DNA of 64,000 nucleotides from assembly GCA_965112735.1 (NCBI GenBank), contig OZ218950.1, positions 1,984,001-2,048,000 of the forward strand, in the 5' to 3' direction. Below are positions 15,012 through 28,581 of the stretch, piece after piece. The DNA comes from Phaeosaccion multiseriatum. Lineage: Eukaryota > Protista > Ochrophyta, other classes. Position numbers and translations under genes: made by a program. The notes below the pieces were generated by a model. The model made no database searches, was not told where the DNA came from, and saw only the letters and a program-made list of their open reading frames with translations. The stretch's first letter is position 1; the number at the start of each line of letters is the position of its first letter.

Positions 15012-17999
15012 ATGGTGCGGTTACGGGCACGGCAGGGGTTGGGCTGGCTCTGGGTACTCGTGTGTGTACGAGCCAAGAAAGAAGCTCGTCCGCCCGCACT
15101 CGGGGATGGGCGTCCTGCGATGCAGGACCATCCATCGCCTCCCTCCTCGGCTACCGAAGCTCCAGGGCGTCCTGCAGAGGAAGCTGTTGCTGCTCCGGGA
15201 AGGGGAGGGGCCTTCACTCTCAAGTCGCACGATGACATCGTGGACGAGCTCTCACTGATGGCTGAAATGTATCCAGACCTGGTCGAGGTGAGAAAAAGAG
15301 TGTCTCGGATGCGTCCAAAGATGCCCAATGCCCTCTCCATCGGGCACTCTATAGCCCTGTTTCAGCAAGGCCCTAACTTTCGTCAAACTCATCGCTACGT
15401 ATTGCCCCTTCTTCCCTGTGGCCCCAGGTATATACTGCTCAGGACAGATACGGCCTCCCTTCTCCGGGTGGCTGCGGTAGCAAGCCTTGTGTGCACCATG
15501 TCCTGCACATCACAGAGCTCGCCACCCTCCCCTTGGACCCTGGTCGTCCAGAGGTGTTCTTCAGTGGTTGCCTGCACGGCAACGAGAGAGTTGGTCCCAC
15601 AGGTAGGTGGGGGAGGAGGGGAAAAGTGGAGAGGAAGAGGGGGGAGAGAGAGAAAGAGGAGAGAGAAGGAGAGGAGAGAGGGGGAGGGAGAAGAGAGAGT
15701 GAAAGGGGGAGGGGGAGGACGAGAGAGACACGCAACGAGCATTAGCACCTGGGCATGGAACTGGCTGTTGTTGGCTCAGGCGGGCAATAATGAGCACTTG
15801 CGGTGCATCTCAGTCCTTTAGAGGTGTCTATTTGAGCTTACTGGCTGACGCAGGATGTTATATCGTTGTCAGTAGTTAAGGGGGGGCTGTCGTGAACCTT
15901 TACGACGCATCTCAGTCCTTGGGAGGAGAGGGGAAGCAGAGCTCAGTGCCCCACCGGCTGTGTGTGTGCTCCATGTGCTCTGCACTGGCCTATTGTCCCG
16001 GTTGGAAGGACTTCACCCGCTTTCTCTCTCTCTATCTCACTTTCTGCTATTCTCTCTCCCTCCCTCCCTCTCTCTCTCCCCCTCTCGCTCCCTCCCTCTC
16101 TCATCATCTCATCTTGTCTGCGATGCCTTCTTGGGGCGGGTGCCCTTCCCCAAACACACCCCTCTGCCATTGCTTGCAATTGCAAATCAACTCCTCTGTG
16201 CAGCGACAATGGAGGCTGCGTGGCTGCTGCTCAAGGCGTACTCGTGTCAGAATGATCCGTCGAAGGCCACCGACTGCGCCTACGGCAGTCTGCTGTCGGA
16301 CCCCGATCACGTGCCCTGGCTGGCAGGCTTGCTCGCTACAAGGAATGTGTACATTATGCCCATGACGAACTCGTGGGGGTACTACCACGACACGAGGTGA
16401 GTTGCAGTTTCAGGTTATTAGACCCTACCCAACGCCCTCCCTCTGTCTGCGTCTCTCTCCGTGTGTATGTGTATGTATGTATGTACGTATGTATGTGTGT
16501 GCGTGGGCGTGTGTTTTTCTCTCTCTCATACAGTCTGGTATCCTATTACAACGCATGGACTTTTGTCACCCTGACAACCGCAGGGAGGAAGTGAACATAG
16601 ACCCGAACCGAGACTTCCCCTTCAACCAAGCGCCCGACAAGTGCATGACATCAGTGGTAGCCCGAGCTGTCAACGAACTATTTAGAGAGCACGCCTTCCA
16701 GCTGGCCCTTACCTTCCATGCGGGTATGGTGGCCATTGCGTATGAATGGGGCTCCACCAACCACCCCAAGAAGAGGCAGGGAGACGTGTCCCCTGACGAG
16801 GAGGTCCAGGTGAGTTGAGTGCGTGCGTGCATGCGTGCGTGTGTGTGTGTGTGTGTCGTGGTCGTGCGTGCGTAGCGTGCTCTGCTCTTCGCGCACTCGC
16901 GCACACACACACGCACACATATCATCATCATTATTATCACCGGCAGCAGCATCAGCATCGTCCTGCGCGCACCCACACACGCTATTACTTTCCTTGCTTT
17001 TCCCATCAAACAACCCACAACCGACCAACCAACCAATCCATTCATCAAAGGCAAGCATTGGCAAGTCTCTGAGCCTTTTCGGGGGCAGCTTCACAGACGC
17101 GGAGGGCACGGCTTTCCCCGAGTACCCTTCCGACCGCATGAACCAGATTGTTTACCCGGTGGACGGTGGTATGGAGGATTGGGCATACGCGAGCTCTTGG
17201 GACGGCCACCAGCCAGCCTGTGAGCCCAGCACTTTCGGCGGTTACCCCAAGGCCCGCACTCGCTACACACCAGACATGCTACGCACGCTCAACATTCTTG
17301 TGGAGGCGGCGGAAAACAAGACACCAATGGAGGACACCCTCGGGAGCATTGTAGATGTCTTTAACCCAAACCCAGCAGGGGATTCCAACGGACACATTCC
17401 GCGGAACATTCGCCTGGTGCTCACCACCACGGACATTGTCCAGCCCTATCTTGTGTTCGTCGATGAGGAGGAGGACGCTTCGCAGTCGCCGTCGCAGCGC
17501 CGGCAGCAGCAGCAGGTTTCATGGAGAGTCGGCGGCTGCACGTTCGTGAATAGCACACGCCTTGCGGTGATGCCGCTGAGCGCCGACTCAGAAACCCCAT
17601 GGTCGTGGGAAAAGAAACAAAAAGGAGGAGGAGCAGGAGAAGGAGTGGCAGCACAGGCTTCGACCTGGCCGATCCTTAGCCAGCGGCTGGCAGCCAAGGC
17701 AGGGGACACAGTTGTCTACTCCAACGCGCAGACGGGACCCGGCCGCTGGGGTGTGGAGGACGGTGCAGCAGGGACCAAGACCCTGGGGCCTGTGTACACT
17801 GTTCGATTTAGTGATATGGACCCACTTGCAGATGGCGACTATGCGGTGGCGGTGACGGCGAGGGTGGACCTGACGTGGGCATCAGATCCAGGTGCGTTGG
17901 GTTCGGTTGGGTTTGACTATAGGTGGATTAGGTGTGGCGGATGAGCAAAACTGTGCTACCTGTCGTAAGGAGGGGGAGAACGAGAGAGAAATGAGAGGG

Positions 18000-18044
<45 letters not shown>

Positions 18045-19041
18045 AAGAGAGGTGCTGAGTAAGGCAAGGGGTCCATTTTATGCCCTCGCAAGCTCCACCT
18101 CCACCTCTCGCCAGCATGTTTTCTTCATCCACCATCGGCCTGACTGACACTTAACGGCTTGCCCTTCACTCCTGCTTTGCCGGCGTGCGCGCCGCGTGTG
18201 TGCGCGTGTGCGCGCGTGTGCGTATGCATTCGCTCGTGCGTGCGTGCGTGTTTGTTCTTGTTTTCCTTCTCCGTTTCAACCAAAACCAAAACGAAACACA
18301 GAGCATGTGCACCACCCGGAGCTGGGCCCGCAGAGCCACTTTGTCAACGCTCGAACCAACCCCTCCTGGGACAAGAGTGTGGACGGACACACGGTGCAAG
18401 GGAAGGTGAATTGGTGGTCGCCGGCTCGCCACTTGAGGGTCTCAAAGGGGAAGGGGAGGTGGATACCGCACTCACCACCTCCAATACCGTCTCTGTCTGG
18501 GAGTCCGGAGGGCGGGGGAGAGGGAGGAGAGGGTGAGGGACAGAAGGGAAAGGGGGAGGGACAGAAGGGCGAGGGTGAGGGACAGGAGGGCAAGGGAGTG
18601 GGACAGAAGGGCGAGGGTGAGGGACAGAAGGGAAAGGGGGAGGGACAGAAGGGCGAGGGTGAGGGACAGAAGGGCAAGGGGGAGGGACAGAAGGACAAGG
18701 GGGAGGGACAGGAGGGCAAGGGGGGCCATAGCGGGGTTGCCACAGCAGGAGGAGGAGAAGGAGGAGACGAGGAGGGAGGGGAGGAGGGAGGGGAGGAATG
18801 GGAGCCAGCCGAGGATAAGACCCCTCCATCCACCACCGTTTCCCACGTAGCCATCGGAATAATGGCTCTGTGCGTAGTCATGGGGGCTGCCTACGTGGTG
18901 GTGAAGAGGCGATCTCGCCCCAGCTATCTCGCCGTGGAGTCCGCGGAAGACTACGGAGGGGAAGGCTCAGGGACAGAGCTCCCCCCTCTCTCGAGACTGA
19001 ACGAAGAGGACTCACTGAGGGAGGAAATGGGTTACGGGTGA
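15012..19041 (+). CDS. M14 zinc carboxypeptidase, type I membrane protein (exons 15012-15287, 15428-15602, 16204-16396, 16584-16809, 17051-17891, 18302-19041)
   Basis: Zn ligands LHGNE and FHAG, DPNRDFP, YPVDGGMEDWAY and a catalytic Glu in ILVE. The C-terminal TM segment VAIGIMALCVVMGAAYVVV is followed by KRR. Confidence 0.92.
18525..18722 (+). repeat. Coding 21-bp minisatellite (GEGEGQK/GKGEGQK, about 9 copies) in the carboxypeptidase stalk
   Basis: Seen directly in DNA and in translation. Confidence 0.9.
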
Positions 19042-20077
19042 GGGAGGGAGGGAGCATGCTTCTAAGTAGTCGCGCGGTTTGCCACACTTTTTTTGTTTTT
19101 ATTTCTTGTAAAGAGCACCAACATATACATGGTAGCACTCACTGGTTGAAACATGAATCAAATGGCGTTTGCTCTTGTTTTCTACGATAGTTACAACTAT
19201 TGTGGTGATGGGAGAATTCTTCGCCTGCACGATACTCTCCCTCCTTGGGCACTCCTCCTCTTATAGCCTCCCTCCTTGGGCACTCCTCTTCTTCTGGTGG
19301 GTGTCGGCTGTGCTCCCTCGTTCCGTGCATGCACCGGTGGGAGAGAAGGAGAGGGGTTGACCGACTCCACATTTCACCAATCCCATCCTCAGTCAAGTTC
19401 CCTTGTAGGACGAGTGGCGCTACCTGTGCTCTGCGACCCCGTGAAGCAAGTCTCGTCTCGGGTCTCGCTCCTCCCGCGCCGGTCGCCCCAATCGCACAGA
19501 CTCTCTGTTCCGCCGGCACCGCTTGCCGCTGCCTGACTCCGATGGGGAAGACCAAGGAAGGGCACTTTGGTTGGTTGGTTGGTTGGTTGGTTGGTGGGTG
19601 GGTGGGTGCTTCGCTTCTCACTTCCTCTTCCCACCGACGAGCCATGACCGAGCAACGGGCACCAAAAAGTGGGCTGCTTGCTGATTGCTTTTGCTCTTTT
19701 GCGCCCGCGCTGCCTATAACGATGCGGGGGAGCTTTTCACCATCCACCCCTCCAAGCAGGTTGGGGGAGCGCGAGGGTGGGGAGGGGGGGGAGGTTGAAA
19801 GTGGCAGAGCCTAATGGTGACGGGGGACTTCGAGGAGATGGATGGCAGCCAAAGGCAGCTGCAGCACTGACACCGAAGCGTGCACACGGAGCCCAAGATC
19901 AATATACTTCGCCTCTCTCCTTCTGTCTTGTACCCCCCCCCCCCCTCTCTCTCTCTTGCCCTCCTCTCGAAGGAGGTCCTCCTCCTCCCCGCTGCCCTGT
20001 CTCTCTTGCTCTTCTCTTGTCGATTCGGTAGAGCCAAGACAAACGCCAGCGTAGCGTGGTTTCCTCCCCCACAGGCC

Positions 20078-20115
<38 letters not shown>

Positions 20116-20455
20116 TGTGTGTCGTGTGTCGCTGGCTAACTGCCCCACCGCCGCTCGTTGCACGACGCAGCTATGGAAGCAAGAGGCGTCTCGTCTCCCC
20201 ACTCCTCCACTCCTTGTCTTCAGCATCAGGCATCGCCAGAGGCCCAAGTCTTTCCCATCGTCACCATGTCCTCAGGAAGGAGGCATAAAAAAACCTCGCC
20301 CCGGAAACAACCCAGTACTCATCTAGTACCATCCCTACCATCCCTTGAGTCCGTCACTTAGGAATGAGGTACAATCAACACGCTGCATGGATCCATCGAG
20401 GCCCTCCTCCAAATCAAATCCAAGCTCATCGGTCCGTCCCCCTGCTCTGCTGCCA

Positions 20456-22324
20456 TCAGCCGCTGCTCGTCGCCTTTTCCCAATCCTCGAAAGTCTGGAT
20501 CGTCTTGGCGGACACGGATGGAGCAATGTGCTTCATTGCTGCCACAACGTCTGAAGCTGTCACCGCCCGAAGGTCCTCCTCCCTCGCGCTCAGCACCCCG
20601 ATACCGAGCTCCCGAATGGGCATCATGGCTGCTTCTTTGCACAGCTGAGTGAGGGAGTGAGGGAGGGAGGGAGTGACGGAGTCGGTGAGGGAGTGGGTGA
20701 AGGAGTGAACAGGGAGGGAGGGAGGGAGGGAGGAAGGGAGGGAGGGAGGGAGTGAGAGCGTGAGGGAAGGAGTAAGGGAGTGAGCAAGAGAGGGAATGAG
20801 TGAATGAATGAGTGAGTGAGGGAGTGATTGAGTGAGTGAGTGAGTGAGTGAGTGAGTGAGTGAGTGAGTGGGTGAGTGAGTGAGTGAGTGAGTGAGTGAG
20901 TGAGTAAATGAGTGGATATCGAAGGCCTAGAAGCGGCCTACCTGTGTCAAGTCGCTGCAGCTGTACAACTCCGTCCTAGTTGCGAGACTGGTCACCTCCT
21001 TGTCCGACAGACAGCTCCCAAGGAGACTCACCAACAGCTCCCTCCTCGTCTCGCTCGAGGGCAGGGGCACGTAGATACGCTTCGCCATCCTTCGCAGCAC
21101 CGCTTCATCGAGGTCCATGGGAAGATTGGTGGCTCCCATGAAGAGGATTCGGTCTTTGCTGTCCCCACCCATCCCGTCCAGCTGAACCATAAACTCCGTT
21201 TTGAGTCTCCGGGAAGCCTCGTGCTCCTGGTCGCCCCTTGCAGAGAGGATAGAGTCAATCTCATCTAAAAAGATGACGGCAGGCTGCCTCTCACGCGCCA
21301 CTTTAAACAGCGCCCTGACCATCTTTTCCCCCTCTCCCAAGAATTTGCTTGTAATTGAGGCGGCGCTGACGCAAAAGAAGGCGTAACCGGAGCTGCTGGC
21401 CACCGCCTTGGCGAGGAGCGTCTTACCAGTCCCCGGGGGCCCGTACAGTAGGATGCCTTTGGGCGGTTCGCGGAGACCCGTAAAGAGATCAGGGCGAAGG
21501 GCAGGCAATACAACAGCCTCTTGTAGCATGCGTTTTTGTTCGGAGAGTCCACTGATGGAGTCCCAAGTCACTTCCCTCAGAGAGCTGTCCAGCATCTCAT
21601 CGAGGACGGTCTGCTCCATGCTGTCAGCGGCTCTGGCAGCGACGCCGGTACCGGCACCCGGCCTTCCCATGCTGCCATTGGCTCGTCTTGGTGGCGACCT
21701 GTTTCCGCCCCTACTGCTGGCAGTTCCGCCTCTCGCATCCGATGAGTGAGAGGTTTTGCCTCTGCTGGCACTTGTGCCAGTCACCCCACGGCCACGCGCA
21801 GCAGCTGCGGTGGAATGTGTCGTTGCCCGCGGAGGAGAAGGAGGAGGGGGTGCCCTCCTCTTTTCCAAGGAGCCCCTCCCCACCAACGAGAGGCTGTCCA
21901 CTCCATAACCCGTCCTTGCCTGCCCCCCTGCCCCTGCTGCTGCTGCTTTCCCCACCGGCCTTGATCCTGCTTCCTTTGCCTGTGCTTGCGCCCCCAAAAG
22001 GGCCTTGAGCCTCTCCGCCTGTGTCATGTAGTGTTTAATCTCCTCCTCGAGGTTTTGCTTTAGGCTACTGCCACCTGCGGCGTTCTTATAGTGCTCCAAG
22101 AGGCCCTCAATCCCAGTTTTGTAGTGTTCCAGCGCTGCGGCCCAAGCCCCCGTCTCTTCGGCCCTCCTTCCCCGCGCGAGAGAGTCCAGCATCTCTTGAC
22201 CATCCCTGCTCAAACCCCCTCCCTGGCGCCGTCCTCGAGCAGGGCTCGTTGGCCGCCCTCTGTGGTCCCTAGGGGGACTGGGGCTTGGCTTCCCACTGCC
22301 CAGCCACTTATCGAAGAACGACAT
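20456..22324 (-). CDS. SPAST: Spastin-like microtubule-severing AAA+ ATPase with a MIT domain (exons 22324-20942, 20644-20456)
   Basis: N-terminal MIT-like helices, LPALRPDLFTGLR, Walker A GPPGTGKT, Walker B IFLDEID and EHEASRRLKTEF. Exon 2 reads LCKEAAMMPIREL...PSVS...FEDW. Confidence 0.9.
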
Positions 22325-23400
22325 TGGCCCCTAGGCCCCACAAAGAGCAACCAAGGGAGGGAACGAAGAGGTGATGAAATGAAATTGCAGTTAAAAAGGG
22401 GGGAGGTTAATGCATGAATAAAGCGAACGACAACAATAATCACAGGCTGGCGACACAAAATGATAATCGTCCACTAAGCTCCCTCTGACCCTTCGCTGCG
22501 CTCACTGTGAAAGTGAGGCAGGAGAGAGCGCTGCAGCATGGACGGATCTTGATTTTTTTTTTTTCTCAATGGCCTTGGCATGCTGCTCGTCCCACCACAG
22601 CCATTCTGGCAAGCCAGCAGGCCTTCTGCCGGCGGCACCCTTAGACCTACATCAGAGCTTCTTCCGGGTGAAGTATGCGCATCCCCTCGTCCTGAGGCTG
22701 CAGCGGTGGGTCTTGCTGTGCCTCTTAGGTCGAGGCTGCAGAGGCGTCACAACTCCGACCACGCCTACTTCACCGTCTTCCCCGACGACACATTCAAGCA
22801 TCACTGGACTGTTGCTCATGCCAGCACATCCGACCTTCCTCAAGTTCTTCTACTCTTCCATCGCACCGTCGCCCTCCCCAACCACGGCCGCCTTCGTTTC
22901 GTACGACACGATCACGCGGAGGAACTTTGTCACTCTGCCTTCAACTGTGCTCTTCACGACCTCGGTGCCACCACCGTAATCGCACCCATCGCTCTCGCGC
23001 TCTACCCTCCGGACCTCCTCCCCCCGCGCGCTCGACGTCGGACTTTTCACTCCACACGTTTTTCATCTCTGTGCTGTTGCCGTCGGTCGAGTCTGCCCCG
23101 GGGTTCGGCAACTCCCTCTCAGCGCCTGGGGAGGAATTCGCCAACTCCGTCTTAGAGCCACAGCCGACGTGCCCATCGCCAGGACAGCTCGAGCAGCAGA
23201 GGCAGCTGAGAGAGGGGCCTGTGCCTTTGGTAGCAGCAACTGCTGCGGCTGGCCTGCGGCTGCGAGTAGCGCCGAGGCGTGCACCCTGCGGGAGCAAGTC
23301 TCTTCCCTCTCTTCGCAGGGGAGGACGCGTGCCTGATAGCGGTGCCAGGGGTCAACCGGCCACACTTCCCGATTAACCACGGCGGAAGAGGGCCTTTAAG

Positions 23401-23854
23401 ATGTGCAAGACGTGCGGGCATTATCAGGAGGCTCGGAGGGGTGGCGTGAGCGTGCACACAGGGAAGAAGAAGACTTGCGCCGTGCCCGATACCGCGAAGC
23501 GGCCCAGGAAGCGCAAACCAGCCAAGGCCATCACGGCTCCGAAGCCCACACCGGCCCCCACCATGAAGGTAAGGCGGTGCTGTGTTTCGCGCATATCTCA
23601 CGTGCTGCTTGATGACGAAGAGCACCTTCCTCCTCATGCTCTCACACGTGTGTTAAACTTCTCTCTGACTTCGCTTGTTCCCCACATTCTTTGCTTCCCT
23701 TCGCAAGACGGAGTCTCCCTCCCACGCACCCACGGCCGCCTGGACGGACATTTCCACAGACGCGTCCACGTCGGACTGGAAGGCGCCTCTCACTCACGCC
23801 CGAACGCCTGCCTGGACGGAGCCTCCCTCGCCATCTGTATTTCAAAATCTCTAG
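23401..23854 (+). pseudogene. Truncated or chimeric paralog of the WTEPPT-repeat gene (exons ~23401-23568, 23708-23854)
   Basis: The exon ends PTPAPTMK|gtaagg, like PTPTPMMK|gtaagg at 31434. Exon 2, TESPSHAPTAAWTDISTDASTSDWKAPLTHARTPAWTEPP, aligns to 34917-35040. Confidence 0.65.
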
Positions 23855-24567
23855 GGGAATCTGTGAGTTAGTTACCAAGTGGGGAGGCGGAGGAGCAGGA
23901 GCAGGAACAGTTAGATGTTTTGTTTCAATGGGGAGGTGAGTAGGGAGGGAGAAGAGGGGGGGTGGGGGAGGCAGTGGATATTTGGGTAAAGCCTTTTTCT
24001 CGGTGGCGGATAAAGAGGGAGAAAGAGACTTTTTAGACACAGGTAGAGAAAGTGGTGATGGGGCATGGCAAGGCAAGGTACGAGCAGTGCTGTAGTGTAT
24101 ACACAAGGCATATGCTTTCTACTTTCTTACTGGCGCGAAACGAACGACTAAATTGTATGGCAAACAGCTTGGCAGGTGAATGGGAGCAGGACGAAAGGAA
24201 GGAGGAAAAGTTGATGGCAGGGTGGGAGCGAAGGGGACCGTCGACGGGGAGGGGGGTAACAAATTTTCGACCATTCACGTTCTATAAACGTATATGATGT
24301 AGGGTCTAAATGCACACACACAGCCCTACACACTACACTCCTCTGTCATGCATAGTTCGCAATTCATTCTTTCATTGGTTTTACAGCTGGACGCAGGTAT
24401 CAGGTCGGTCGTTGCTCCTGTCCTCCGCCACTGAAACACAACACTCTGATTCCTTCACTTTATACTGTACAAGTATGTACAAGCGACAGAAACCAACAGT
24501 AGCTCCGCCGACTCTCTCCCTCGCTCACAGCTCAACAACTCAAACCAAAATTTCAAAAAGCTTCATT

Positions 24568-27500
24568 TCATAACGTGCCAAGCTCCGCTTCCGCTGCCGC
24601 CGCCGCTGCTCGCGGAGCATACGGTCCCATTCTTCCCTCCTCATCAACCTCCTCCTCCTCCCCCTCCTCCTCATCCCCCTCCTCCTCATCCTCCTCGTTG
24701 TCGTCGTTATACCCATCCTTACCCCCTTCCTCGAACAACTGCCGCTCGCGATGGGCCCAGGCCTGGCGGCTCTTGCACTCCGTATTGCCCGGCGGCAGCA
24801 GAGAGAGCGCCTCGGCAAAGGCCAAGTCCGCCTCGTCGAACTTCTTTAGACGGGCCGACACTTCCCCGTAGTCCACGAGGGCATCCGCGTAGTCGTGCAC
24901 CAGACCGAGGACGACCTTGAGTACGTCGTAGGACTCTTGGTAGAAGTGGGCACCCATGAAGAAGCGCGCACAGTTCAGCAGCACTGCTGACGTGGTGGCT
25001 GGGGTTGGGGTGGGATGTATGTGTGGGTGGGGGTTGTGTGGGTAGGGGGTGTGGAGTTTGAGTTTGAGTTTGGGAGTCAAGTGTGTGGGGTGTTCTTCAG
25101 TTGGTTGGTTGCTTGTTTGTTGAGTTTTGTGTTTGTATTTTGTTTTGTCGAGGGGTGCTTAGATAGGAAGAGACAATGGACAGTGTGGGGTACGGGGTGG
25201 GCAGGGACTTACAACCAGAACAGCATCAGAAAAACTGGTCCTTGATACAACCCACCCCTTCCCCTTCTCTCTCCTTTTCTCCCCATCTCCTCCAATCTCC
25301 GCACCCACCCACCCACCCATCCATCCACGCATCCACTACTCACCCACGGGAACCCGCTCGGTGGTGGCCACCAACATATCCACGAGCTCCATCACCACCT
25401 TTTTGGCCGAGTCCAAGTCTCCTCCGTTTCGCATGGTCTCCGCGAGCAATAAGCGCACCTCCGGATGACCGGGCTTCACCGCCACTGCCCTCTTAAAGTA
25501 CTCTACAGAAGTGTCCGCCAGCGCGTGCCACTCCTCCTCCTGCTCCCTCTCCCACTTGAGCTGTTCTGCGGTCTTCGGGAGTGGCTGCGCGCCCCTCTCG
25601 TCCCTCCTCGTGCTCCCCTCGTCCTCTGAGTCGTCCTCATCCATGGCCGACGCAGCTTCCTGTGCGTCCCTTTCCCTCTGCTCTCTCAACGCGTCCTTCA
25701 CATACCCCATTTTGTGTGCATTGGTGAGGCCGGCGTTGGTCAGCGCCTCAAAGTCAAACGGAGAGCGCTCCAACACATCCAACGCATGCTTCATCCTCAA
25801 GTCCGTCTCGTACTGCATCTGCCCACCGACCCCAATAGCCTCCCCCACGTTCATGGTCATGTGCTTGAAAGCTGCCGGCAGATAGATAATGTCCCCCGCG
25901 TGCTGGATGCAATGAAGCGGGGTGGTGCCAATTTCCCGAATCGAACCCGCTCCCCCCGGTCCTCGCGCCCCTTCCCCATCTACGACAGGGGGGCGCCCTC
26001 CTCCTGCAGCCTCGTACGCCTTCCTCCTTTCTGCGGCAAGGGGTTCAATCAAGGGCAGCACGTCTGTGAACCACTCGAAAGATCCCATCATCGGATGATA
26101 CTTTGCCTTCTGCTCCGCGAGAGGCGGGGGCGAGTTGCCTGGTTCGTACACAGCCCAGCGCTTGATCCCAAAGACAAGGCCGATCCAAGTCTCTCCGTGT
26201 ACGTGCCAGGGTAGACCGCTGCGTGAGGCCCCGAGAGAGAGCATGTTCCAGCCCTGGTTCCTGTGTGTTGCTTCCGTAGGCATGAAGGTCGAGGTGAATA
26301 GAGGAGGGGTTTCGAAGTCTGGTGTTGTGGAAGGGAGGGGAGGGGAGGGGGGAGGAGGGAGGGACCAGAGTGAGCGAATAAAATCGGGGGGCGAATTTTC
26401 AGGTCGTGGCGCCTCAACTGTTCCATTGGGCCCCCCCTTGCTGTCCGTCCACGTGCACGCGCGCACACACCCGCACACCCATCCACACACACACACACAT
26501 ACCCTTTTTGAGGGTGGGGTTGTTGTTAAAGAAGCGCACGTCGAAGTTGAAGTCTCTGGCGCTGTCCTCCGAGACAGAACCCTGCCACGGAGAGGGAGAC
26601 GAAGAGGGTGTGTGAGTGAAAAAAGGAGATAGAGAGAGGGAGACAGAGGGGGGGTGGGACGAAAGACAGAGACAGAGAGATACAGATAGAGAGCGGGAGA
26701 GGCAGAGAGAGAGGAGGGGGGGGATAGGAAAGACCTGCAGCACCGCCTCTGCACTGCCCGAGATGGAGCGCTTGGAGTTGCTGGGGGGGCTGCCAACTGT
26801 GATTTGCTGGTGCGTGGCGTTCATCTTGATGTCGCTGAGGTATTGGCCGAGGCTTGTGGAGCGGGCACTTTTGCCGCCGCTGTACACAATGGCACTGCCA
26901 GAGGAGACCTGTTGAAACATAGCCAGTCGGTGCGTGTTTTCAGTTGTTACGACAAGATGGGTGTGGGAGGGGGGGAAGGGAAATTACCACCGCCGGACGG
27001 ACTTTGCTGTGCTCGTTCCTTTGAGTGAGAGGCAGGCGGCCGCTGTGCTTCCTTTACATCGCATTGCGGCTCCATATCCTCTCTTTTCTTCCCCTTCGAT
27101 AAGACTCCACCTTGTCGCTGCATCCTTGCATCTTCCATCACCTCCCTACTCACAATCTCTCTCGTCTCCCGCCGCCACTCACATCGTTCATGTCCCCCCT
27201 GCTCCTGCTGCTGCTAGGCCAGTGGAAGCCCCCCCGCTCTTTTCTCTCTTTTCTTTCTCTCAGCCCCTCTGCCTCCCTCCCCCTCCCTCCCCTCTCTCCC
27301 AGCACACGCACACACGCACACGTACCTTGGTGCTAACCCCGCCCTGAAAAGCAGCCATCCTTGACCTGGACCAGAGGCCCTTCTTGCGCGCATCCCACTT
27401 GGCGTCAAGGTAGCCGGAGATGAGCAGTGGTTTCTGCCCCAGGTACTTCTCCTCGAAGTTCTTTACGGAGATGTCCGCGTAGTGCACCTGATCGAAGTCG

Positions 27501-28116
27501 CAGGTGTCGCTGCCAATGAGGGACGCAGCGCTGCTCATGAGTGTTTGTGGAGCGCGGTGGAGTTTGATTGGGGAGGTGGGGAGGAAGAAGGACGATCGAT
27601 CGAGCGATTGATTGGCGGGGGAGGGAGGAAGGGACGGTTGTACCACAGGGTCAGAAGGCTGCCAAAGAGGTAGATGGGGCGCGGGGGGGGGGGGGGGCGT
27701 TAATGTTGTGACTGAGATTGCGGCGCGGCAAAGCAGCAGCTTCCGAGCGAGATGAAATAGAAATCCGTCAGTACATGCACTTACTCAGGATCAGTCGCCC
27801 AGCCGCCGTTGTTCCGGGCCATGGAGTCAAGCACGTCACTTTTTGCATCCGCCGCAGCGGTATCCTGGTCACACTTTTTACAACTGTTACAGGTCCCGTC
27901 GCCAGCACCCCACTGGAAGGCCATCTTCTTGGCGCCCCAGATACCGCTAAGCACCACCACCAGCGACGTCCACAGCATGGTCTTCTTGCCGACTTGGAAG
28001 AGCGGCCCATCCGACGAGTATTGACTCCCGCCGCTGCCTTTGGTTCCCGGCGAGCGAGTCAGGCCTTCATCACAGGCACTCGCGTCTCTCCCCTTGGCTG
28101 TCCTCTTCTCCCCCAT
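24568..28116 (-). CDS. JMJD8-like JmjC protein with an N-terminal TM/signal anchor and C-terminal TPR repeats, about 6 exons
   Basis: CDFDQVHYADISVKNFEEKYLGQKPLLISG, SGLPWHVHGETW and CIQHAGDIIYLPAAFKHMTMN (HxH...H triad as in JMJD8). TPR-like helices include YFKRAVAVKPGHPEV and YADALVDYGEV...AFAEALSLLP. Hydrophobic segment LWTSLVVVLSGIWGA. Confidence 0.85.
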
Positions 28117-28538
28117 GTTCGATGAAGGTCGGTCCCGCCCAGTATATAAGTACGCTGCTCGCGCTGCTGTTGCTCACTACTCCACTGAAGGTCCCGCTGC
28201 GTCGATACTGTCTGATTGTCCCCCCGCCGTCCCCCCCGCACGACACCACATTCATTCAAGGGGTCGCCCTGTCAGCCACGGCACGGAGCTCCTCTCGCTG
28301 TGCGATGCTGGAGGCGAAGTTTTTGTTCAGGTCCCTGGGCAGACTGCCGCAATTCTATTGTTCTTTCCAGACACCCCCCGTGCATCTCCCCTTTTTTTTG
28401 TACTAGCACGCATTATGGTTGGTGAGAGAGCTTGTGTTTTTTTCGTCTTCAATTAGAGTCAACTTCAAAGAGAGAGGGTTGCGAGAGAAATTTTATTGAC
28501 TTAATAGGAATCACCTAAGAAACTGAAAGTGTGAATGT

Positions 28539-28581
<43 letters not shown>

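Noticed and set aside
19139-20330. Possible small spliced gene on the minus strand
   Set aside because: Donor and acceptor-like sites exist, but I could not build a convincing frame-consistent product.
22569-23400. Overlapping short ORFs, possibly a decayed transposon
   Set aside because: No identifiable transposase motif or terminal repeats.
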